The notes: a model not told the origin generated them from the sequence alone. DNA of 64,000 bases from Thermoplasmata archaeon (GCA_028864975.1 JAGWLG010000010.1:1-64000), one strand, 5' to 3'. Shown: positions 27,701 to 36,046, counted from the stretch's first letter. Made by a program: numbers and translations.

Positions 27701-27840
27701 TCCTGGAGTTGCAGGGAGCGAAGGAGGAGTCCGCGACCGTATGGCGCAGGGCCCTCGAGGCCTCCCGTGTCGCAGGATATGCCCATACGGGGAAGGTGGC
27801 GCGAGACGCGCTCTCGCGACTTGGGGCGGCCGCCGAGTGA
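24799..27840 (+). CDS. STAND-like P-loop ATPase with inserted DUF835, winged helix and TPR-like repeats
   Basis: LVGRSEEL, Walker A GPGGMGKT, Walker B LVVLDDLHWAD, TEGNPYFL, VLRRLSAL and FSHPLVWE, then a helical-repeat C-terminus. DUF835-like insert at aa ~131-277. Confidence 0.88.
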   Translation: MAEPEPGTVPGSASAKAVRNAPGMQDRLPVPSEGLVGRSEELSHLRGRLTEVRSGRGHALLLTGPGGMGKTHLLRWLDRAASDQGFQVRWGTCLKEAVAPFFAFEQVFRRVEGREEAVPHDVGTDLGGSLPPFLLIEEDRPTASRTRWSAAKDPSLLLVVSRDSASTLAFRGTPLPPAAHLLRMSRIGEEDCVPPGQLDLLGERTSAHLRRAPGSIVSLEGAEYLVSQNTFAGFLQLVQYLRDVAQESGGHLVLSLNPEAFDPREVSRLEAEAEVLRLRRSAKGHGPDAQGADRDSEPPAATLLRYLGSLESSAARAPQLVVLDDLHWADPSTGLAFQFLARNCRDLPVLLVGAARGEEVSEVVTAEGTSLGDRLESMERDGVLERLVLTPFLAADVYALAARVLGSRLAAGSDPEVSELLRRTEGNPYFLRETLLQLREDGALRVAPGGELRFERSRTAHGPPLRLPTSLKRLVLRRLSALSPEDRGLLATAAAAGSIFDVAPVAAVLGRDAEQVEARFEELSTRHRLLERAGGDRARESDRWEFSHPLVWEATWEELGVAGQRREARRLFAWWSEVRSDEVESLAALGHATGDPALGRPWLSRAFGRAMGRAALETASTYLLWAADLRRSGSAPMDRDLLEEEVGFAWRVAQSGGGRLVRPALERLLSEPLPSSVRWEATSALVSGLLTIDSEEAARVLDGLGSEIARAGDAVPSSVRHRVEAVTVSLKAQQDRNQETLDHALPLLAIPPEEIDPDLRAMMVVATVNAQVYLGRPVEAEALLRAETPRLLQLGDMGLARVENLRMIFARLSGDEKEAIRAGRAAQDALWRAGRVLGAGIAEYNLGGALVELGRLEEADGMAERLLDLGKKFDMPRLRCSGSYLRAEVLVAREAWAEARPWSESALRDAESMKREDDLLDCRVLHTQVRGHLGELDTAVQALQQMDRDGAFSSPANAAAYLEKLADLLELQGAKEESATVWRRALEASRVAGYAHTGKVARDALSRLGAAAE

Positions 27841-27860
27841 TCGAGGGGAGCTCTCCCGCC

Positions 27861-28928
27861 TCAGCCCGCTTCCGGGGCCAAGCCCTCCAGCCCTTGCTCC
27901 CATCGCCAGCGTTCCTGGCACGGGCAGGGCGGCAGGTCCGCGAGCGGGGCGAACTCCTGCGAGAGCGAGGCCTCCTCGATGGCCGCGAGCACGCTCGCAT
28001 CGCACTCGAGGCAGTTGTGGACCCCCCTCGGGTTCCCCCCCGAGGTCGGGAAGCTGACGAGGCGGGTCCCCTCCCGCCGGGTCGGCGCGCCGCGGACGAG
28101 GGTCTCCACGAGGCTCCAGAGCCAGGGGGGACGGTAGAGCCCTCGGCGGAAGAGGTGCTCGACCACGGTACCCCCCTGGAGGTGGACCGGGTTGATGGAA
28201 AGGGTGTCGAAGTGCTCGCTCGCGAGCTTCACCGAGAGCACGGTGTCCTCGATCGCTTCGCGCTCGGTCAGGTAGGGAGGCTTCAGCAGGAGGTAGGCCT
28301 TCGGAGAACCTCCCCCTTCGCGAACACGACGGGCGGCCTCGAAGTACTCGGAAGGCGGCGAGTTCTTGTTCACCGCCCGGCGGAGCACCTCCTCCTGCGT
28401 GCTCTCCAACCCCAGGGCGACCTCGACCTCCCCGCCGCCGAACTCCTCCCGGAGCGACCCCACGTTCTGGGCGTTCACGAACTCAGGAAGGGTCTCGGTC
28501 AGGAACCGGCGGGCGCGGCCGCGGAAAGCCCGAACGACCACCGCCCGGGAGGTCTCGGGGACCTCCCGAGGGTCGAAGAAGCTCCCCGACGTGAAGACCT
28601 TGACGTAGGGCTCGCCCTGGTAGCGCTCGAGGGCACGGTCCACCTGTTCGGCGATCTCCTCCGGCGTCGCGGAGCGACCCAGGGTATCGCGGGCGTAGCC
28701 GCACATGGTGCATCCCTTGAGGTCCGCCCAGTAGCAGCCCCGGGTCCGAAGGATCAGGACGAAGGCGCGCACGCGTTCGCCATGCAGGGCCTCCTTCTCC
28801 GACCAGAGGTTCACGTAGCGCCGGGCGTCCGCCGGGGTCCCGGGGGCGGGCCGTCGTTGCTGGGCCACGGCCCGAGCCACCGAACGTGCGGCCCCGCCCG
28901 ACCCAGGGGCCTGCGTCATCGCGTTCAA
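27861..28928 (-). CDS. raSEA: Archaeosine biosynthesis radical SAM protein RaSEA
   Basis: LILRTRGCYW..GCTMCGY (CxxxxxxCxxC), VKVFTSGSFFD, EVALGLES, AYLLLKPP, LYRPPWLWS and RGVHNC. Confidence 0.9.
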   Translation of the reverse strand: MNAMTQAPGSGGAARSVARAVAQQRRPAPGTPADARRYVNLWSEKEALHGERVRAFVLILRTRGCYWADLKGCTMCGYARDTLGRSATPEEIAEQVDRALERYQGEPYVKVFTSGSFFDPREVPETSRAVVVRAFRGRARRFLTETLPEFVNAQNVGSLREEFGGGEVEVALGLESTQEEVLRRAVNKNSPPSEYFEAARRVREGGGSPKAYLLLKPPYLTEREAIEDTVLSVKLASEHFDTLSINPVHLQGGTVVEHLFRRGLYRPPWLWSLVETLVRGAPTRREGTRLVSFPTSGGNPRGVHNCLECDASVLAAIEEASLSQEFAPLADLPPCPCQERWRWEQGLEGLAPEAG

Positions 28929-29617
28929 CTCCGGCGCCCCGTCGGTCGGGTCCCGTCCCCAACGACCATCTCGACGGTGTCGCCGTCCTTGAGCCGGAGC
29001 GCCCTGCGGAGCTCGACTGCGGCGATGAACTCGGCCACGTCGGAGTAGTGGGTGCGGTCCGGGACGATCAGGTGGCAGGGGCGTCCGTTCAGCTTGGAGG
29101 GGTAGCAGTTCGCACCCCCGAAGGTCCTGCCCTGGTCGGTGAACCCATCGATCCGCACCCCGGCCAAGGAGCGCACCTTCCCCAGCCGTGCGAGACCCTC
29201 GGGCGTGAGCTTCACGTTGAGCGTCCCGGGGAACGGTTTGTACCCGAGGCGGGAGCGGAACTGCGAGACGTACCCCCCGATCGAGAGGTAGTAGCGCCCC
29301 TCCCCGAGCCCGGAGACCACACCGCCGGTGAGCTCGAGCGGCGAGGGCCCTTCCACGATGCTCTTCAGCTCCTCGAGCTCCTTCCTCAGGACCTGGGCGC
29401 CCGCGGGAGTGAGCGAGAGGCCCTGCTTGCGCCCGGAGAGCGAGCGGGTGAGAAGTCCCTGTTGCGTGAGCGCGATGAGGTACTGGCTCGCGGCCTGTTG
29501 GGAGGCCCCGATCGCCTCCCCCAGCTCGCGGGAAGACAGGAAGACGGGCGCTTCCGATGCGCCCCGGGAGGCCAGCAGCTTGAGGACGCCGAAGGCCTCG
29601 CGGGAGAGCGCGCTCAC
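28925..29617 (-). CDS. ribK: CTP-dependent riboflavin kinase with N-terminal winged HTH
   Basis: wHTH (SSRELG..SQQAASQYL), then GGVVSGLGEGRYY, PFPGTLNV, IVPDRTHY, EFIA and LKDGD. Confidence 0.92.
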   Translation of the reverse strand: MSALSREAFGVLKLLASRGASEAPVFLSSRELGEAIGASQQAASQYLIALTQQGLLTRSLSGRKQGLSLTPAGAQVLRKELEELKSIVEGPSPLELTGGVVSGLGEGRYYLSIGGYVSQFRSRLGYKPFPGTLNVKLTPEGLARLGKVRSLAGVRIDGFTDQGRTFGGANCYPSKLNGRPCHLIVPDRTHYSDVAEFIAAVELRRALRLKDGDTVEMVVGDGTRPTGRRS

Positions 29618-29886
29618 CGCCAGCGTGCCCCGGGTCGCGACTCCGTCGTGACCGCGGGAGCGGGCCCCAGTTTCTCCGCTTGGACCGCGATCACCTGACT
29701 TCCGCGTACCACCACCTTCCCGAGCTTGCGGGTCCTGGACTCGGTCGTTTCCTCGGCCTCTTCCAGCGAGAGGTTGATGAACTCGTCCCAGCCTTCGAGC
29801 TTTCCCTTGAGCGTGCGCGAGTCCTTGAGGACGACGACGACGACCTGCCCCTGGCTGCGGGCCAGGAAGTCCTTCGGGGCGACCAT
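29614..29886 (-). CDS. LSm/Sm-like RNA-binding protein
   Basis: Sm1 VVVVLKDSRTLKGKLEGWDEFINLSL and Sm2 LGKVVVRGSQV. ATG 29886 lies 30 nt from a CTTAAG element. Confidence 0.92.
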   Translation of the reverse strand: MVAPKDFLARSQGQVVVVVLKDSRTLKGKLEGWDEFINLSLEEAEETTESRTRKLGKVVVRGSQVIAVQAEKLGPAPAVTTESRPGARWR

Positions 29887-29915
29887 GGGTCGATTCCTGA
29901 CCACGAAGGGGTCGC

Positions 29916-29921
29916 CTTAAG
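29916..29921 (-). promoter_or_regulatory. TATA-like element for lsm-ribK-raSEA
   Basis: CTTAAG 30 nt upstream of the lsm ATG, consistent with a leaderless transcript. Confidence 0.55.
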
Positions 29922-30103
29922 TCTTGCGTGGAGCGCCCGACGGACGCAGACGTGGGAGCCCTGAGGTAGCCGGAGGGCTCGGGGCCCGAAAGGGGACCCT
30001 TGTCGGTGAGGGTCAGGCCTTCCGGTCGAGGGCCGCAGAGCCACGTCTCGCGAGGCTCGGCCGGTCGGCCAGGAGTCCTGGGGGCGATGACCGCTGGACG
30101 GCC

Positions 30104-32026
30104 CTAGGTCGTGCCCTTGTCGTCGACCACCTTGAAGTCGGCGTCGACCGCGCCCTTCTTGCCCGGTCCTCCGCCCTTCGGTCCGCCGTCGTCGGACGGA
30201 CCTGCCGTTTCGCCCCCGGCCTCCTCTTCGGCCGCCGGAGGTGGCGGGGGGCTGCCGCTGGCGGCACCCTCGCCGCGGGCACCCTGGTAGAGGCGGGTCG
30301 AGAGCTTGTGCATGGCCTGCGTGAGCTCATCGGCCTTCTGACGCAGGGCCGTGGGTTCCTTCTGCTTGAGCTCGTCGCGCAGGGCCGAGACCTTCTGCTC
30401 GATCTCCGAGCGCTCCTCGCTCGTCACCTTCTCGCCCAGGTCCTTGAGGAGCCGTTCGGCCTCGAAGGCGAGGCTCTCGGCCTTGTTGCGGGCCTCCACC
30501 GACTCGGCGCGCTTCTTGTCCTGGTCGGAGAAGCTCTGGGCCTCGCGGACCATCCGCTCGACCTCGTCCTTCGCGAGCTTGTTGGACGCGGTGATGGTGA
30601 TGCCCTGCTTCTTCTGTGTCCCCAGGTCCTTCGCCGTGACGTTGAGGATCCCGTTGGCGTCGATGTCGAAGGCGACCTCGATCTGAGGGACCCCCTGCGG
30701 CGCGGGAGGGATCCCGGTGAGCATGAACGTCCCCAACGAGACGTTCTGGTCCGCCATCGGGCGCTCGCCCTGAAGGACCTTGATCTCGACGCTCGACTGG
30801 CTGTCCGAGGCTGTCGTGAAGATCTGGCTCTTGCGCGTCGGGATGGTCGTGTTCCGGTCGATGAGCTTGGTGAAGATCCCGCCCTTCGTCTCGACCCCGA
30901 GGGAGAGCGGCGTCACGTCGAGCAGGAGGATGTCCTTGACCTCTCCGCCGAGCACCCCGCCCTGGATGGACGCGCCCACCGCGACGCACTCCATCGGGTC
31001 GACCCCGCGTTCGATCTTCTTCCCGACCAGGTCCTCGACGAACTTCTGGACGATCGGCATCCGTGTCGGTCCCCCGACGAGGACGATCTTGTCCACGTTG
31101 TCCTTGTTGAGCTTAGCATCCTTGAGCGCCTGCTCGAGCGGCTGGCGGCAACGCTGGATGATCGGGCGGATCAGTTCCTCGAGCTTCGCCCGCGTCAGGG
31201 TGAGCGTGAGGTGCTTGGGCCCCTCTTGCGTCGCGGTCAGGAACGGCAGGTTGATCGTCGTCTCGAGAACGCCCGAGAGCTCGATCTTCGCCTTCTCGGC
31301 CGCGTCCCGCACGCGCTGCATCGCCATCTTGTCCTTGCGGATGTCGATGCCGCTCTCCTTCTGGAACTCGGTGGCCACATACTCCGTGAGCGAGCTGTCC
31401 ATGTCCGTCCCGCCGAGCTGGGTGTCCCCGCTCGTCGACAGGACCTCGAAGACCCCTTCGCCGAAGTCCATGAGCGTGACATCGAGCGTCCCGCCGCCTA
31501 GGTCGAAGACAAGGATCTTCTGGTTCTTCCCGGCCTTGTCCAGCCCGTAGGCGAGCGCGGCCGCGGTGGGCTCGTTGATGATCCGGACCACCTCGAGGCC
31601 CGCGATGGTCCCGGCGTCCTTCGTCGCCTGACGCTGGTTGTCGTTGAAGTAGGCGGGGACCGTGATGACCGCCTTCTCCACTTTCTCCCCCAGGAACGCC
31701 TCCGCGTCCCGCTTGATCTTCTGGAGGAGGAAGCCGGAGAGTTGCTGGGGGGTGTAGTCCTTGCCCCAGATCTTGTACTTGTGGTCCGTGCCCATCTTCC
31801 GCTTGAAGGCGTAGACGGTGCCCTCGGGGTTCGAGACGGCCTGGCGCCGCGCGGGCTCGCCCACGAGCAGCTGTCCGTCCTTGGTGAACGCGACGTAGGA
31901 GGGGAAGGCCTTGCCCCCGCCCACGGTGGTCCCCTCGGCGCTCGGGATGATCGCAGGGCGCCCGCCCTCGAGGACAGCGGCCGCGGAATTGCTCGTGCCC
32001 AGGTCGATACCGATGATCTTCGCCAT
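30104..32026 (-). CDS. dnaK: Molecular chaperone DnaK (Hsp70)
   Basis: [42 protein letters not shown] and [14 protein letters not shown]. Lacks the diderm-type N-terminal insert. Confidence 0.98.
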   Translation of the reverse strand: MAKIIGIDLGTSNSAAAVLEGGRPAIIPSAEGTTVGGGKAFPSYVAFTKDGQLLVGEPARRQAVSNPEGTVYAFKRKMGTDHKYKIWGKDYTPQQLSGFLLQKIKRDAEAFLGEKVEKAVITVPAYFNDNQRQATKDAGTIAGLEVVRIINEPTAAALAYGLDKAGKNQKILVFDLGGGTLDVTLMDFGEGVFEVLSTSGDTQLGGTDMDSSLTEYVATEFQKESGIDIRKDKMAMQRVRDAAEKAKIELSGVLETTINLPFLTATQEGPKHLTLTLTRAKLEELIRPIIQRCRQPLEQALKDAKLNKDNVDKIVLVGGPTRMPIVQKFVEDLVGKKIERGVDPMECVAVGASIQGGVLGGEVKDILLLDVTPLSLGVETKGGIFTKLIDRNTTIPTRKSQIFTTASDSQSSVEIKVLQGERPMADQNVSLGTFMLTGIPPAPQGVPQIEVAFDIDANGILNVTAKDLGTQKKQGITITASNKLAKDEVERMVREAQSFSDQDKKRAESVEARNKAESLAFEAERLLKDLGEKVTSEERSEIEQKVSALRDELKQKEPTALRQKADELTQAMHKLSTRLYQGARGEGAASGSPPPPPAAEEEAGGETAGPSDDGGPKGGGPGKKGAVDADFKVVDDKGTT

Positions 32027-32133
32027 GTTGCTTTCAGCTCCGGTGCTTTCGCTTCTCCCACGTGGTGGAACGTCAGCCTTCGGGGCGAGCGGACCGCCCT
32101 ATTTCTCCCCTCGCTCGGATGTGCGTCGACCCT

Positions 32134-32616
32134 TCAGGCGACCGCCACTTTCCGTTCCGGGACGGGGTTCGCCTTCGGGACGGTCACCGTGAGGAGACCA
32201 TCGCGGTAGAGAGCCCCGACCTTCTCCGGGAGGATGCTCTCGGGGAGTTCCAGGGCCCGGTGGAACCCCGAGTACGAGCGCTCCCGGCGGACGAAGTTCT
32301 TCGTCTTGGTCTCCTCCTCGGACGCGTGGTCCGCCCGGATGGTGAGGGTCGTGCCGGTCAAACGAACATCGATCTTCTCCTTCGGAATGCCGGGGAGGCC
32401 GACGTGGACCACGTAGCTCTTCTTGGTCTCCTCGACGTCCGAGAGGGCGGGGAGGGACCCGCCCGGGGTCGTCGCTCGCGGGTCGTCGGTCCAGAAGGAG
32501 GAGAAGAAGTGGTCGCGGAGTTCGTCGAACTTGCGGTCGATCTGCGTGGAGCCCGCCACGATCGGGAGGATCTCGCTCGGAGCCTCGGTCTTGCGCACCT
32601 TGAGCTTGGTCGTCAT
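32134..32616 (-). CDS. Small heat-shock protein (Hsp20)
   Basis: DVEETKKSYVVHVGLPGIPKEKIDV, RRERSYSGFHRALELP and YRDGLLTVTVPK. AAGGTG Shine-Dalgarno before ATG 32616. Confidence 0.93.
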   Translation of the reverse strand: MTTKLKVRKTEAPSEILPIVAGSTQIDRKFDELRDHFFSSFWTDDPRATTPGGSLPALSDVEETKKSYVVHVGLPGIPKEKIDVRLTGTTLTIRADHASEEETKTKNFVRRERSYSGFHRALELPESILPEKVGALYRDGLLTVTVPKANPVPERKVAVA

Positions 32617-32631
32617 GCGGCACCTTTCGCG

Positions 32632-32658
32632 CATAGCTATGTGAGTGCTCGTATATAA
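32632..32658 (-). promoter_or_regulatory. hsp20 promoter: TATA box plus 10-bp palindrome
   Basis: TTATATA on the minus strand at 32652-32658 in an AT-rich patch. Perfect palindrome CATAGCTATG at 32632-32641 just downstream of it. Confidence 0.6.
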
Positions 32659-32763
32659 GGTATAATGTTACGCTTTTCGACATTTTTCGCCGAAGTTGGT
32701 ATTCACCTCCGTGACCGCGGCGGCGGCGCTTCTTGCGCTCGAATGGGACCGGGGCGGTCTCGC

Positions 32764-33210
32764 TCAGAGTCGGAAGGTCCTTCGGACCTGCCGCTCAAGG
32801 ACGTGAGGGGTCACCATCCCCACGTGCCGGCGCACGAGCTCCCCCTCATGAAAGAAGAGAAGCGTTGGGATGCTCCGGACCTCGAAGCGTTCGGCGAGAC
32901 TGGGGTCCCGCTCGATGTTGACCCGACCGAACGCGACCTGGCCAGAGAAGCGCCCGGCCTCCGCATCGAAGATCGGTCGGAGCGCCCGGCAGGGGCGGCA
33001 CCAGGCCGCCCAGAGGTCGAGCACGACGTTCTCGTTCTTCTTGAGGTATTCCTTGGCCTCGAGCCCTGAGAGGTTGCGGGGTGACGTCCGCGGTGAGGTT
33101 CGCGTTCTTTCCCGCATCTCTCCCCCTTCCTCCGACCCCGCCCCACGATCGTGGGTGACCTTGGGCTCACCGCTGCTCTGTGAGCCGAACAAGCGCGACA
33201 GCACCGACAT
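32764..33210 (-). CDS. Thioredoxin
   Basis: VVLDLWAAWCRPC, VNIERDPSLAERFEVRSIPTL and an N-terminal extension. Confidence 0.9.
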   Translation of the reverse strand: MSVLSRLFGSQSSGEPKVTHDRGAGSEEGGEMRERTRTSPRTSPRNLSGLEAKEYLKKNENVVLDLWAAWCRPCRALRPIFDAEAGRFSGQVAFGRVNIERDPSLAERFEVRSIPTLLFFHEGELVRRHVGMVTPHVLERQVRRTFRL

Positions 33211-33340
33211 GGCGGCCTTGGGGGAGCCCAGGCGCCAAATGGCGTTTGAAGCTCTCCGTGAATGGCGGTTGACCTAACCCTCCGTCGGCGACCCGGGTCC
33301 CCCCCTCGGTGGGGGGGGGAAGAACGGCGAGCGACCCGCT

Positions 33341-33595
33341 CTAGGCTCCGACGGCCTGGACCAGACCGAGGACCCCGGCCTGAAGCACGATGGAGATCCC
33401 GTTGAACACCCAGACGAGCATTATGGCCATGGCCACGTTCCCGTTCTTGAGCTCCTCCATCAACGGGACCCGGAGCGTGGCCTTGTGAGGAATGGAGATC
33501 CCCAGGTAGATGGCGAGGCCGGCGAGCCCGGTCGCCACGAACAGTTGGACCAGTCCGAAGACAAGATGGACGATCTGGGTCACGAGGTCGACCAT
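33341..33595 (-). CDS. Small membrane protein, DUF350-like
   Basis: 3' end of ORF 33341..34201, from ATG 33595. Two hydrophobic helices flank EELKNGNVAMAI. Confidence 0.7.
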   Translation of the reverse strand: MVDLVTQIVHLVFGLVQLFVATGLAGLAIYLGISIPHKATLRVPLMEELKNGNVAMAIMLVWVFNGISIVLQAGVLGLVQAVGA

Positions 33596-33759
33596 GCGCG
33601 GTCGCAGACCGTTCACGTGCTTCGTTCTCCACTCGACGAGCGTCGAGCGGCCCGCGTTCAGGTTTCGGTGGTGCTCTACGAGGTAGGATCGGGCCGACAC
33701 CGTGGAACGCGACGGGGCTCTGGCGTCTCGGAGCGCCGCCCCGGGGGCCGACCGGCTCC

Positions 33760-34272
33760 TCAGCGCATGGCACGAGGTCCGGTGCGTTTCCCCCTGGCAT
33801 GGGGGCGATTCTCGCGGCCCGTCCGCTTCCGATAGTCGCGGTCGAGAGAGCGAGCGAATCCGCGCCACAGGTCGAGCAGACCCGGCTCGTACTCTCGGCG
33901 CGAAGGTTGGCCCGGGTACATCTCCCGGGGGCGGCGGCGGGCCCGAATATCCAGTTGCGTCCGACCCGCGGATAGCTCCCGCAGAGTATAGTCGAGAGAC
34001 AGGACGCGCGATGTCCCATACGAGTCCACGTGCCACCGATCGGGGGGGAACAGGAGGGTCCTGTTCTGATTCAGGAGCCACCGGTCCTTGGACTTCCAGA
34101 GGTCCTGCAGAACGATCTCGCTCGGGTCGCTTTGGAGCACTCTTCGGACGAACGGTGCTCCCGCACGCTTCCCGTCGTCGCGCGTGTAATCGGTGCACCA
34201 CCTGAAGACGTAGTCCAACGGTGCGTGGAACACGATGCGGATCCGGAACACCGGAGGGGGGAATCGAGCCAT
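33760..34272 (-). CDS. SRPBCC/START-like hypothetical protein
   Basis: IVFHAPLDYVFRWCTDY N-terminus and a C-terminal amphipathic helix. ATG 34272 is 30 nt from CTTAAG at 34302-34307. Confidence 0.65.
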   Translation of the reverse strand: MARFPPPVFRIRIVFHAPLDYVFRWCTDYTRDDGKRAGAPFVRRVLQSDPSEIVLQDLWKSKDRWLLNQNRTLLFPPDRWHVDSYGTSRVLSLDYTLRELSAGRTQLDIRARRRPREMYPGQPSRREYEPGLLDLWRGFARSLDRDYRKRTGRENRPHARGKRTGPRAMR

Positions 34273-34380
34273 CCGTAACCTCAACCGGATGGTGGGCGCC
34301 TCTTAAGTCCGCGCTCGACGACCGTCGAGCGGCCGCGTTCAGATCCTGGGAGCCGCTTCACCGGCCGACGGCGCCGCGGA

Positions 34381-34745
34381 CCGCCAGAGGTGCGTGGGCC
34401 GGTGTCGGTCGAGGGAGAGCCACTTGAACCGAAAGCAGGTCTCGGGCCGGAGGACCGGTGCCTCCGTCCTGCGAGAAGCTCAAATTCTCCCGACTGAGGC
34501 CAGCGGGGACGCTTCCCCCGCGCGGACCTCGCGGGTTGGGTGGGTGGAGGTCAGAAAGGGCGAGCAAGGCCTCTTCCTCGGATCACCAGGGTCGAGGCCT
34601 CGATGCTGCGGCCGCTATCGGCGGTTCCCTTCTGACCCATGGTTCGGTCCCCGACCTCTCGACCTTTAGGCGCCCTCCGCACCGAAAGGTCTCCCCTCCC
34701 TTTGACATCGAGAGCGGGAGTAGGAGCCTCCCGTAGGCTCTCACC
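34381..34745 (+). ncRNA. Candidate structured RNA; 5' module resembles a lysine riboswitch
   Basis: No credible ORF across 34273-34804. Several nested helices and an ordered run of lysine-riboswitch-like words, with some core motifs missing. Strand not established. Confidence 0.3.
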
Positions 34746-34804
34746 TTCCCTCCTCGGCACGCCACCGCAGAAAGCCCGAAGTATCCCACCACGTTCCGCC
34801 CGAC

Positions 34805-36046
34805 GTGCCCGCCCCCACTTCCCCTTCCTCTGACCCCTCGCTTCCGTTATCCCCTCTCGAGGCCGAGCTCCAGGACATCCTGCCCAGAGCTTCGGCCTGG
34901 CGGCAGGCCATCCACCGCTCTCCCGAGCTCGCCTACGGCGAACGAGGGACGCAAGCGACGGTCCTGGAGGTGCTCCGGCGGCTCGGGATCCCGGCGGAGA
35001 AGTTGGGCGACACGACCGCCGTGGTGGGCCTCATCGCACCCAAGGCGAAGGGTCGGTGCGTCGGGGTCCGGGCCGATATGGATGCGCTACCGATCTGCGA
35101 GGGGACCGGAGCGCCGTTCGCTTCGACCAACGGAGCGATGCATGCGTGCGGTCACGACGTCCACGTCGCTTCTCTCTTGGGCGCGGCCGCCTACTGGAAG
35201 GCCCACGAGGGCGACCTCCCCGGCCCCGTGAAGCTCCTCTTCCAGCCCGCGGAGGAGGAGGGGGCCACGGGAGGCGCACTCCCGATGGTCAAGGCCGGCG
35301 TCCTCGATTCCACACCCAGGGTCGATGCGGTCTTCGCGATCCACCTCAAGAACGTCCTACCGAACGCGACCTTCGGGGTCCGCCCAGGCCCCGCCATGGC
35401 CTCCCCGGACCACTTCGAAGTGAAGGTGCTGGGTCGTGGAGGGCATGCCGCCTACCCGCACAAGGCAATCGACCCCGTCGTCATGGCCAGCGAGGTTGTC
35501 GTTGGTCTCCAAGCTGTGGTGAGCCGCTATCGCGACCCTCTCGACCCGGTCGTAGTCTCCGTCTCGATGATCCACGGGGGCGAGAAGGACAACATCCTCC
35601 CCGACAAGGTCGAGCTGGAGGGCACGATCCGCACGGTACGCCCCGACACCCGGGACCGCATCGAGAAGGTCTTCCATCAGCGGGTGCGCGGGATCGTCGA
35701 GAGCGCAGGCGGGAAGGTGGAGATCGTCTACCATCGGGGCTATCCCGTCACGGTCAACCCCCCGAAGGTCGCGGCCCTCGTCGAGGAGGCGCTCCGCCAG
35801 GAGTTCCCTTCCGAACGGGTCCTCCATCTTGAGGAGCCCTACATGGGCGGGGAGGACTTCTCCCGTTTCTTGGAGGAGCGGCCCGGGCTCTACATGTTCG
35901 TGGGGACGGACGACGGCGGCGCCGGTGGCCAGGCGATGCATTCTGCGCGCTACCTCCCTCCTGAGCGCGCGGTCCTCACGAGCATGGCCGGGCATGTGTG
36001 CGCCGTGCGTGCGCTCCAGCATGCCCCTGCCAGCGCCCTCGGGTGA
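34805..36046 (+). CDS. M20D-family amidohydrolase (hippurate / N-acyl-amino-acid hydrolase type)
   Basis: IHRSPELAYGE, RADMDALP, MHACGHD, FQPAEE, GGHAAYPH and MGGEDFS. Confidence 0.93.
   Translation: MPAPTSPSSDPSLPLSPLEAELQDILPRASAWRQAIHRSPELAYGERGTQATVLEVLRRLGIPAEKLGDTTAVVGLIAPKAKGRCVGVRADMDALPICEGTGAPFASTNGAMHACGHDVHVASLLGAAAYWKAHEGDLPGPVKLLFQPAEEEGATGGALPMVKAGVLDSTPRVDAVFAIHLKNVLPNATFGVRPGPAMASPDHFEVKVLGRGGHAAYPHKAIDPVVMASEVVVGLQAVVSRYRDPLDPVVVSVSMIHGGEKDNILPDKVELEGTIRTVRPDTRDRIEKVFHQRVRGIVESAGGKVEIVYHRGYPVTVNPPKVAALVEEALRQEFPSERVLHLEEPYMGGEDFSRFLEERPGLYMFVGTDDGGAGGQAMHSARYLPPERAVLTSMAGHVCAVRALQHAPASALG

Noticed and set aside
24799-27840. BREX or other defence-system ATPase
   Set aside because: No methyltransferase, PglZ, nuclease or other defence gene is adjacent, and there is no effector domain. 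The neighbours are housekeeping genes.
29924-31501. 525-aa + strand ORF antisense to dnaK
   Set aside because: It is the familiar antisense shadow frame of dnaK (often mis-annotated as a glutamate dehydrogenase). The minus strand carries the real Hsp70 motifs.
32625-32651. CIRCE element upstream of hsp20
   Set aside because: GAGTGCTCG resembles one half-site, but no matching half-site lies 9 nt away.
33296-33320. C-run/G-run hairpin as a terminator or RNA gene
   Set aside because: A simple homopolymer stem with no T-tract or other support, which is easily produced by chance at this GC content.
34413-34460. Glycine riboswitch (GGAGAG..CCGAA..TCTCnGG....AGGAC words)
   Set aside because: The words occur in order, but the P1, P2 and P3a helices do not form and the spacing in the middle is too short.
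34400-34710. SRP RNA or RNase P RNA
   Set aside because: The length is compatible, but I could not find the SRP helix-8 CAGG..GNRA..AGCA motif or the RNase P GAGGAAAGUCC-type and CR-V motifs on either strand.
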